Made by a program: the position numbers and the translations under genes. From Candidatus Woesearchaeota archaeon (GTDB taxonomy: Archaea; Nanobdellota; Nanobdellia; Woesearchaeales; UBA11576), in NCBI GenBank assembly GCA_003695435.1, contig RFJL01000039.1, forward strand, positions 1-44,521: a stretch of DNA of 44,521 nt, written 5' to 3'. How positions within the stretch are numbered: the first letter of the stretch is position 1; each line of letters begins with the position of its first letter. This document shows, in pieces, positions 37,260-44,521 of this stretch. Under the pieces are notes generated by a model. That model worked only from the letters and a program-made list of their open reading frames with translations, was not told the DNA's origin and made no database searches.

Positions 37260-37937
37260 TTACTTTTTTTTAATGTCATCAAGATTGACATGAATGTACG
37301 AAGCCTTTGTAAGGTCTTCAATATTGAGTACTTTGAGATCCTCGCGAATGCGTGGGCACTGTGTATTAATCCAGCACTGCACGAAGTTGAAATCTTCAAG
37401 AGACCCAAAGTCAAACGTGTTGTATGCAAAGAAATAAAACTGTTTTTCAGGGTATTGTTCTTGTAATTCAAAGATTTTTTTAAGCGAGCTTTGTACCGTT
37501 GCCTGACCTGATTTACAAGACATTAACACGCCGATCACATCAGATGAGTAAAACTTTGCAAGCATGCCACGTTTTCTTTTCTCAATCTCTTCATAACGCT
37601 CAGGTGGAACGGGATCAACTGTTTTTTCACCCGGTCTCCACGTATAACAAATCTTATCAAACTTATGTGCGATACCAACAGGATGGAAGTACCCTGAGCC
37701 CACGAAGAGAAATGCATCAACATCACGATTGATTGCAAGTGCTGCGTTTTGATCACAACCAAGCACTTGTCCTCCGACAAAAGCCTCATGACCTTTTGAT
37801 TCTAAGTATTCTTTTACTCGTTCAAGATCTGGTTTGGTCTGAATAGTGCCGATAATACCAATGCGTTTTGGCAAAGGAGAAGTATCAAAGTCAATTTCTC
37901 CAATTGGTGTTGGTGCATGAAGGTGAAGGACTTTCAT
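37260..37937 (-). CDS. dph2: Diphthamide biosynthesis Dph2 homologue (short form)
   Basis: TIQ, GQVLGCD, FVGSG.FH, K.GQ, WINTQCPRI.ED. Confidence 0.85.
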   Translation of the reverse strand: MKVLHLHAPTPIGEIDFDTSPLPKRIGIIGTIQTKPDLERVKEYLESKGHEAFVGGQVLGCDQNAALAINRDVDAFLFVGSGYFHPVGIAHKFDKICYTWRPGEKTVDPVPPERYEEIEKRKRGMLAKFYSSDVIGVLMSCKSGQATVQSSLKKIFELQEQYPEKQFYFFAYNTFDFGSLEDFNFVQCWINTQCPRIREDLKVLNIEDLTKASYIHVNLDDIKKK

Positions 37938-38542
37938 CGTCGAAGGTAGTGCAGGGATTCGTTGTGTTCTTGTACTAGCTGGCAGATGCTTCTTGTATGT
38001 CCGTGTGCTGAGCCTACAAAAGAAAAAGGAGCAACCTCTCTTGAGAGGATGCGTCTAACACCTTCAACTACTTGAGATGTTTCACAAAGCCTTTTTGATT
38101 TGCTTTTATCAAGCAGTATTCGATCATCAAACGCATCAAGTACTGCGTGGTAGGGAAAGTGCTCTATTCGAAAATACTCTTGTGAGAGCGGTTGGATTGA
38201 GATGAAGTCGTTTCGGACAGTTCTAAAACGACTTTGTGCTTTTTTGTGAATGGCGCTGTGACGCTCAACAAGCTTGTCAATGAAGAATTGATAGGTATCA
38301 ACAAGTGCTCGTAAAGATGACTCAATAGCAATTCCTGCGCAGGATGGAATACAGCGCAGACCTTGAGCAATTGCAAGAGCAAGATCTGGTTGTTCAAAAT
38401 GCAGGGTCATACGAGGACCTGTGCGCGGAATAAGAAAGTCATCTGTTGCTTCAACCTCATCTGCAGCGTAGGTTGAAATGCTCAGAGGTGCGGTTTGTGT
38501 ATTTACGAATAGATAGTAGGGTGTTGTTGCTGCGTCTTTCAT
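37934..38542 (-). CDS. Hypothetical protein
   Basis: 202-aa ORF with ATGA overlap to dph2; TTTATAAA upstream. Confidence 0.7.
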   Translation of the reverse strand: MKDAATTPYYLFVNTQTAPLSISTYAADEVEATDDFLIPRTGPRMTLHFEQPDLALAIAQGLRCIPSCAGIAIESSLRALVDTYQFFIDKLVERHSAIHKKAQSRFRTVRNDFISIQPLSQEYFRIEHFPYHAVLDAFDDRILLDKSKSKRLCETSQVVEGVRRILSREVAPFSFVGSAHGHTRSICQLVQEHNESLHYLRR

Positions 38543-38786
38543 GATTTATTTGCTAGGAAAGAACTGGTTTATAAATGTGGTTGAAACACTATTTAAGTTT
38601 AGACCTTCTTAATATAGATATCTTATAATGCGGAGGTCTTTTTTGGTTCCTCTTCGTTTTGAGTGTTCTTGCAGTCCTTGTCAATTTCCTTTGCAGTTTT
38701 TGCGCACAGGGGGTGCGATGTGTTCTTCCTCGCTCTTCCTTTTTCATAAGATTTATAAATACAAAAACCAAAACAGTATACTAAAT

Positions 38787-38819
38787 CCCCCACTAGTAGA
38801 TTCTTGTCTATTGTGGGGG
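38787..38819 (+). promoter_or_regulatory. 5' UTR hairpin occluding the ribosome-binding site of the large surface protein
   Basis: CCCCCAC-TAGTAGA..TCTATT-GTGGGGG; the 3' arm is the GGGGGT ribosome-binding site before ATG 38832. Confidence 0.55.
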
Positions 38820-38831
38820 TAGGGCAAACAG

Positions 38832-41456
38832 ATGAGAAAAGAGGTCATTATACTTATCACATGCATTCTTGCGCTTTCACTCTTTTCAGCAGTTCACAGC
38901 GCAACGGTGAACTTCTCAACAATTTCTCTTATGGAAACAACTGCAAGTGATGCAAATCTTACCATTAACAATTATGGCTCACAAGATCCCATCACCAAGG
39001 TTGAACTTGCTCTCAACGGATTTACTCTCAACTCAGTAACTAATTACACAGATTGGATAGAGACGCAAACTAACACTTCTGCCATGTGGGAGAACGGGAC
39101 GATTGCAACTAATGTGCTCCTTGCTCTTTTTGAGATGAACATTGCAGCTCCCCAAGTAACTTCAAACACCACAGCACAGCTTAGCGTTATTACAACAGAC
39201 AGTCAAGGAAGCACACAAACACATCTCTTTAACATTACTATTATCAACGATGACTCCGCACCTCTTCTTAGCGAAGAAGATCCGCAAAACAACGCGTACT
39301 TCAAGGAAGGTATAAGTTACCTTGTTGGTGTTAATGCAACAGATCCCGAAACAGGGATTGATTACGTCTCCTTCACGCATCAACGCTGTTCTGGTAACAC
39401 ATCAAGTCAAATCTCTCTTCTAGGTGGGCCTCGCTTCACGCAAACGGTTGACTTTTCAGGATATGTCAACGGAGATCAAGTGTGTTTTACGTACTTAGCA
39501 GCAAACAATGGCGGAGAAGAAATAACTCTTAACGGCAGTCTTTTCATTGATGGCATTGCGCCAAATGTTACTCTAGACGCTCCAGCAGAAGGTGCAATTG
39601 TAAATGCTCAGCAACAATTCCTCTTCACCGCAACAGACAACCTCGCACCAACACTTACTTGCGCAGTACTCATTGACAACACTCAGACAATCACACTTAA
39701 CGTTACTTCTGGCGTGCAGGCAGCAATCTCTGCGCAAAACGTAACAGAGGGAGCACATACCTGGACGGTGCGCTGTGAAGATCTTGCAGGACACACAACT
39801 GCTGCACCTGCGCAAAACTACTTCCTCGACAAAACCCCTCCCAACGTCACTATCAACCCGCAAAACGCAAGTATCATCGCACCCTCAACGCAAATAACTC
39901 TCCTCACAACTGATAATTACGAAGTTAACTACACGCAGTTTGCCTATGCGAATACTACGATCAACACTACTGGCAATCACACCATCAATGCAAGCATCTT
40001 TACTGATGGCCCTCACACTATTACCGCATATACGCAAGACGCTGTTGGTAACAACGCAACCTTTGTCTTTACACTCATCGTCGATAGCACTGCACCTGTG
40101 ATTACGAGTATTGGACCAAATACGTCTGATGTCTCTGTCAATTTCACTATCAACGTCTCAGACACGTGGGACTCAACACTTGAGTGTACTGTAAGCATCT
40201 CTGATGGTAGCACTGTTTCAGGAAAACTTACCTCAGGAGTTGAAGGAATTCTTCAACATACCTTGCCTGTCGGCGTCTACAACTACACCGTTACTTGTTC
40301 AGATGACGCACAAAACAGTATTACTTCACCTCAGCAAACACTCACCATCATCGACACATCAGGTCCAACCATCACCTTTAACCAGGACACACAAATTGTT
40401 CGAGGAGAGGATCTTCTCCTCAACGCAACTATCACGGACATCTCGGGTATTTCCAACGTGCTTGCAAATGTAACGTATCCTAACGGTAGTGTTGAGTTGC
40501 TCAACCTAATGGGGGCTGGTGATGAGTACACAGCAAGCATAACAACAGATGCAAACACACCAGAAGGAGACTACGTCTTTACCATTTACGCTGAAGATCC
40601 CTTTGCAAATACTAATACGGCATCTTCAACAGTGCAGGTAACCTATGACGTTATCATCACTTTGAGTGCAAACCCTGCTACCATAACCCTGGGAGAATCA
40701 ACGACTCTACGGGGCACAGTTACTTATGATAACGGAACCAATTACCCCTCGGGAATTGTTGAGATCACCACACCTGAAGGAACAGATACTCTCACTCTTA
40801 CAAACGCTTCCTACTCTTTTGTCTACACGCCCCTTACCACAGGTACAAAATCGGTAAGTGCATCATTTACTGCTTTGAATAATATCACAGCACAAGAAAA
40901 CACAGCAGTAATTGTTAATGGAGTCTCTTCATCGGGAGGAGATGACAAAAGCTCTTCAGGAGGAAGAAGCAAAGGAGGCTGTAATCAAAAATGGACCTGT
41001 GACTCTTGGAGTGTTTGTAGTGGAGGCACGCAACAAAGAACGTGTACCAACGTTTGTGATAACGGAGGTAGCAGGGTGGAAACAAGAAGTTGCTCAGTTG
41101 AAGAAGAACAGCTACAAGTTACGCCTTCTTCGTCAGCTCGTCAAAACAACATCATTACCATTTGCATTCGTCCAGGAACTGATCAGCAAAAAGAGCTTAA
41201 CATTCCTGTAAGAGAATGGAAAGCCTACGCATCTAAAGGCGCAAAACAAGGAGAATGCCCAGACATCTCACCATCTGAAGACGCATCATCAGCAATAGGG
41301 GAAGCAGCAGGTTTCTTGCAGGCATTAAACCTTGATGCTACTCGCTTCCTAGGCATTGTTCTTATTACTCTTGCACTTCTCTTAGGACTATTCCTCTACA
41401 CAAGGAAATCTTCTGATGATGATTTTTGGGAAGATTACTTTGAGAAGCGAAGGTAA
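38832..41456 (+). CDS. Large membrane-anchored surface glycoprotein with Ig-like repeats and a TSP1-like Cys/Trp module
   Basis: Signal peptide, repeated D(T/S).(A/P)P.(V/I) Ig modules, many N-x-S/T sequons, CNQKWTCDSWSVC..GTQQRTC, C-terminal TM. Confidence 0.85.
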   Translation: MRKEVIILITCILALSLFSAVHSATVNFSTISLMETTASDANLTINNYGSQDPITKVELALNGFTLNSVTNYTDWIETQTNTSAMWENGTIATNVLLALFEMNIAAPQVTSNTTAQLSVITTDSQGSTQTHLFNITIINDDSAPLLSEEDPQNNAYFKEGISYLVGVNATDPETGIDYVSFTHQRCSGNTSSQISLLGGPRFTQTVDFSGYVNGDQVCFTYLAANNGGEEITLNGSLFIDGIAPNVTLDAPAEGAIVNAQQQFLFTATDNLAPTLTCAVLIDNTQTITLNVTSGVQAAISAQNVTEGAHTWTVRCEDLAGHTTAAPAQNYFLDKTPPNVTINPQNASIIAPSTQITLLTTDNYEVNYTQFAYANTTINTTGNHTINASIFTDGPHTITAYTQDAVGNNATFVFTLIVDSTAPVITSIGPNTSDVSVNFTINVSDTWDSTLECTVSISDGSTVSGKLTSGVEGILQHTLPVGVYNYTVTCSDDAQNSITSPQQTLTIIDTSGPTITFNQDTQIVRGEDLLLNATITDISGISNVLANVTYPNGSVELLNLMGAGDEYTASITTDANTPEGDYVFTIYAEDPFANTNTASSTVQVTYDVIITLSANPATITLGESTTLRGTVTYDNGTNYPSGIVEITTPEGTDTLTLTNASYSFVYTPLTTGTKSVSASFTALNNITAQENTAVIVNGVSSSGGDDKSSSGGRSKGGCNQKWTCDSWSVCSGGTQQRTCTNVCDNGGSRVETRSCSVEEEQLQVTPSSSARQNNIITICIRPGTDQQKELNIPVREWKAYASKGAKQGECPDISPSEDASSAIGEAAGFLQALNLDATRFLGIVLITLALLLGLFLYTRKSSDDDFWEDYFEKRR

Positions 41457-41458
41457 CA

Positions 41459-42283
41459 ATGTTTGAATCACTTGTGAATGGCAGACGTGCACTCGAACAA
41501 CCGTGGGTGGTGTTTTTTTTTGGTCTTTTATTTACTTTAATCTCCTTTGCAGGAGCATTTGTTGCACTCCGAGAGGAAATTTCACTCCTCATGCTCTTTT
41601 TCTGGACTTTGCTCACCGTTCCTCTACTTATGGAAGTTCTCTTGCGATCAGAAGGGGAGTTTCGAGCAACACATCCTTTTTTTGAAGTCCATCGACGCGT
41701 TATTGAAGTATATGTATTGCTTTTTTTTGGGTTGTTTGTGGGTTACGTGTTGTTAAGCTTTCTTCTTCCACCAACCCTTGCATCAGAAGTGTTTTCATTC
41801 CAACAAGAGTATGTTCTTAACACGAAGGGACTCTCTCTTGAAACTTTTGAGAGTTTTCTTGAAGGTCTTCCTCCCATATCTTTGGAACAAACACTTGCAA
41901 TACTCTCAAAAAACTTGTTTCTCGCTCTTCTTGCGTTTGGACTTTCCTTTTTGTATGGTGCTTCAAGTATGTTTCTTGTTGTTCTTAACGGCTCAGTTTT
42001 TGCAACTTTTCTTGTAGAAATGATTAAACTTATAGCAACAACAAAAGAGCAAGCAATTAAGATTGTTCTGTTATTCTCTATTCACCTCATCCCGGAGGTT
42101 ACGGGTTTTCTTATTGCAGCAATAGCAGGAGGACTGCTCTCTCAAGCAGTACTCTCAAAAAAGTGGAAGAAGGCAATTGCGCGCGATGCGTTTAAACTCT
42201 TCGCACTAAGCATTTGTTGCATTGTTCTTGCTGCAATCCTTGAGGTCTACGTTTCAACAAGGCTCTTCCACTCTTTATTCTAA
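41459..42283 (+). CDS. Stage II sporulation protein M (DUF95)-like membrane protein
   Basis: IL.KNL, SFLYGA, LNGSV, HLIPEV.GF.IAAIAGG, AAILEVYVS. Confidence 0.85.
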   Translation: MFESLVNGRRALEQPWVVFFFGLLFTLISFAGAFVALREEISLLMLFFWTLLTVPLLMEVLLRSEGEFRATHPFFEVHRRVIEVYVLLFFGLFVGYVLLSFLLPPTLASEVFSFQQEYVLNTKGLSLETFESFLEGLPPISLEQTLAILSKNLFLALLAFGLSFLYGASSMFLVVLNGSVFATFLVEMIKLIATTKEQAIKIVLLFSIHLIPEVTGFLIAAIAGGLLSQAVLSKKWKKAIARDAFKLFALSICCIVLAAILEVYVSTRLFHSLF

Positions 42284-42287
42284 ATAG

Positions 42288-42794
42288 TTATTCTACATAG
42301 TGGAGGTGGTATTCTGCATGTTCAAGAGCATCACAAATCCACGCATAATTTCCCATATCTCCGTGAATCATTAGTTCTTGTACGATGATATGTGCATTAT
42401 TTTTTTCATGCAGTCTTTGCGCGAAATCTCCTGCGTTGAGAGGTGATGAGATGGTGTGTGTGAATTTTTCTTGTTCGCTTAGAAGAAAACCCATTCTTGC
42501 AGTTTTATACTCTACAAACAAGGCATCGCATAAGGGAAATTGATGATCTCTTCTTTGAATGATGTAGGTATTGGGCCACAATTGTGCACTCTCTTCAGAT
42601 TGTCTGTATGGTTGAGGCAGTCCGAGCTCTGCTAGAACTTCGCTCACGTCGCGTTCTAATTGTTGTGCATCATGTTTAAAAGAGAGTGTTGGAAACACGC
42701 GAAGATTTGCAAAACTAAGTGTTTTCTCAAGATCTCTTTGCTGTGCAATGAGTCTTTGTGGTGTTCTTTTTGCTATTGCTGCTTGTATGGACAT
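42288..42794 (-). CDS. Hypothetical protein
   Basis: Start MSIQAAI follows a GAGGTGA ribosome-binding site that overlaps the upstream stop. Confidence 0.7.
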   Translation of the reverse strand: MSIQAAIAKRTPQRLIAQQRDLEKTLSFANLRVFPTLSFKHDAQQLERDVSEVLAELGLPQPYRQSEESAQLWPNTYIIQRRDHQFPLCDALFVEYKTARMGFLLSEQEKFTHTISSPLNAGDFAQRLHEKNNAHIIVQELMIHGDMGNYAWICDALEHAEYHLHYVE

Positions 42795-42799
42795 AGTGT

Positions 42800-42976
42800 T
42801 CACCTCTGTTGTATTCCTTTGTGTAAAAGCCCCCAACCTTTGTTGGTTCTGCTCATAACTAATGAAAATCCTGTAATGATGGTAAGTAGTGGTATGCTTA
42901 CGGTTCCTGCAATAAGTGTGAGTAGCGCGTAGTATACGGCTCCTAGACTTATAGCTGACGCTACTTGTGTTAACAT
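42800..42976 (-). CDS. Small membrane protein (58 aa, not in the ORF track)
   Basis: MLTQVASAISLGAVYYALLTLIAGTVSIPLLTIITGFSLVMSRTNKGWGLLHKGIQQR*; GGGGGT ribosome-binding site. Confidence 0.7.
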   Translation of the reverse strand: MLTQVASAISLGAVYYALLTLIAGTVSIPLLTIITGFSLVMSRTNKGWGLLHKGIQQR

Positions 42977-43057
42977 GTTGTTTTACCCCCTTTTTGTTAC
43001 GCGAGTTCTCTTAGCGCCAGGTTAAGCGACTTTTTCACCCATTGATCTTTTCCTATG

Positions 43058-43090
43058 AAAAAATCAAAGAGGGGCAAAAACGCCCCTCTT
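43058..43090 (-). terminator. Strong hairpin + U-tract
   Basis: AAGAGGGGC-6nt-GCCCCTCTT then TGATTTTTT on the minus strand. Confidence 0.7.
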
Positions 43091-43195
43091 GGGTAAACAA
43101 CTTGGCCACCCCCATGTCCAAGTGAACTCATGACCCACACTCCCTTTCGTAAGCCCAGCTCCACCCCCCAGCAGAGTGAGCAGTTCGTGTGATAA
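43058..43195 (-). ncRNA. Candidate small structured RNA or attenuator leader
   Basis: Lies between a TATA box (43214-43224) and a terminator; GC-rich, several stems, two GGGGGTGG elements. Confidence 0.4.
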
Positions 43196-43226
43196 GAAGT
43201 AGTGTAGTACCAATTATATATAAATG

Positions 43227-43259
43227 TTCCGATTTTTCCGTGATTTCCGTTACTTCCGT
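43227..43259. promoter_or_regulatory. Four TTCCG(T/A) boxes with 9-bp period
   Basis: Boxes at 43227, 43236, 43245 and 43254, immediately upstream of the minus-strand TATA box. Confidence 0.65.
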
Positions 43260-43429
43260 TTGTTACATTTGAAAACTTCTTTTTAAAGAAAGCCCTCCTG
43301 GTAAGTTTTCAAGAAATGCTCACGTGCCCACACAAATGCACAGAGACTGTGCTTTAGATTTCTGCAAAATAAATTGAAATAATCTGAAAGAAACAAACAG
43401 TTCGAAGTGACTGGATTCTTCTCCAAGCC

Positions 43430-44029
43430 TTATCTAGAAGAATCTGCTTGTCGTTCAATCTCGTTTTTCTTAGAAATAGCGACTGATTGGTTAGACAATT
43501 TGTAAGCGTTAACAATCTCGTCTGCAAGAGCAACTTCAATTGCCTTCTTAGAATCAAAAGACTTCGTTGTAGCAGCAGTTACAAGTTGACGAAGAGCAAA
43601 ATCCACGCGTCGAGAAGGACTCATCTCAACTGCTTTTGGATAGCGAGCACCACCATATTCAATTGCGATAACTTCTTCACGAGGAGCAGCGTTTTCAATA
43701 GCCCCAACAACAACTGCAATAGGATTTTCTTTTGTACGCTCTTCAATAATTTCAAGCGCTCTTTGCATGGTGTTGTACACTAATTGAGCTTTTCCTGTGT
43801 TATGTCCTGATGAACGAACATGTTTTTTACCTGTGTGACCTGAGACTTGCAGGCGATTCATCATACGCTCAATGATGAATGTTTTTGACTTGTGGAATCG
43901 AGTCTTTACATTCTTACCTCCTGTTCGAGGAACGATGCGAGGTTCAAGATTGATGTATTTTTTAAGGCCTGGATCTGCGACGGTAATGCCTTGAGTTGAC
44001 CACTTATTGAATGCTAGAACTTCACTCAT
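43430..44029 (-). CDS. rps7: 30S ribosomal protein S7 (uS7, archaeal type)
   Basis: [52 protein letters not shown]. Confidence 0.98.
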   Translation of the reverse strand: MSEVLAFNKWSTQGITVADPGLKKYINLEPRIVPRTGGKNVKTRFHKSKTFIIERMMNRLQVSGHTGKKHVRSSGHNTGKAQLVYNTMQRALEIIEERTKENPIAVVVGAIENAAPREEVIAIEYGGARYPKAVEMSPSRRVDFALRQLVTAATTKSFDSKKAIEVALADEIVNAYKLSNQSVAISKKNEIERQADSSR

Positions 44030-44463
44030 TTTCTTGCTTTCTCCACTTTACCTTTTCTTAAGGATTCAAGAGCTTGATCATTCACTTTTATGACTTGCCA
44101 GCGTACTCCTGCAATGTCTCCTTTAGCACGGCCCATTTTCCCACCGATACACTCGATGATTACTTCATCGTGCTCGTTAACGAGTTTTTGAGCACCATCT
44201 CCTGGAAGAAATGCAGTTACTTGTTTACCGTTTTTAATAAGTTGAACACGCGCACATTTACGCATAGCTGAGTTAGGTTGTTTAGCTTCTTTTTGAATCT
44301 TCTGAAGAACAATACCTTTTGCTTGACTCGCACCACTAAGAGGGTCAGACTTCTTTTTTAGTCCAAGTACTTTAGCAGCATAACTTTTCTTTTTCCACAG
44401 ACTCGTCTTACGTCTTTTCTTGAGTTTTGAGCCGGCATTAAGGCCGTTAGATTTTTTACCCAT
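44026..44463 (-). CDS. rps12: 30S ribosomal protein S12 (uS12, archaeal type)
   Basis: [31 protein letters not shown]. Confidence 0.99.
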   Translation of the reverse strand: MGKKSNGLNAGSKLKKRRKTSLWKKKSYAAKVLGLKKKSDPLSGASQAKGIVLQKIQKEAKQPNSAMRKCARVQLIKNGKQVTAFLPGDGAQKLVNEHDEVIIECIGGKMGRAKGDIAGVRWQVIKVNDQALESLRKGKVEKARK

Positions 44464-44521
44464 ACCGTCAAAAATCAGCGAGGGGGTTTATAAAGGTTGT
44501 GGTTGTTGTACTTGTTTTTGC

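Noticed and set aside
38589..38771. Basic 52-60 aa ORF in the divergent intergenic region
   Set aside because: Low complexity, no recognisable motif, and it overlaps promoter elements.
44100..44125. uS12 GDIAGVRW instead of the usual GDIPGVR
   Set aside because: A single substitution whose significance cannot be judged without an alignment.

Overview
Archaeal chromosomal window, most likely from a DPANN lineage (Woesearchaeota-like). This is inferred from archaeal uS12/uS7, a Dph2 homologue, TATA-type promoters with many apparently leaderless genes, GAGGTGA/GGGGGT ribosome-binding sites and Ig-rich surface proteins. Recognisable genes include uvrB-uvrA-uvrC, a DEAD-box helicase, msrB, a class I disulfide oxidoreductase, an aminopeptidase, a RelE-type toxin-antitoxin pair, rps12-rps7 and two large surface proteins. 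The best candidate for an undescribed system is a five-gene operon at 30646-33577: ferredoxin, FNR-like flavoprotein, signal-less ApbE flavin transferase, diheme MsrQ/ferric-reductase-like membrane protein with a coiled-coil tail, and a membrane-anchored coiled-coil protein ending in a flavinylation-like SRAS motif. It has a roughly 200-nt structured leader that can occlude the ribosome-binding site and sits divergent from a membrane-anchored wHTH regulator. Other notable items: an MNT-HEPN / TIM-barrel / MNT-HEPN triad preceded by a chain of coupled mini-ORFs, a divergent diadenylate-cyclase-like gene split by one TAG, a CARF-like regulator, and several candidate structured RNAs. No tRNA, rRNA, CRISPR array or transposase was recognised. 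All family assignments come from motif recognition by eye; no searches or folding programs were run.
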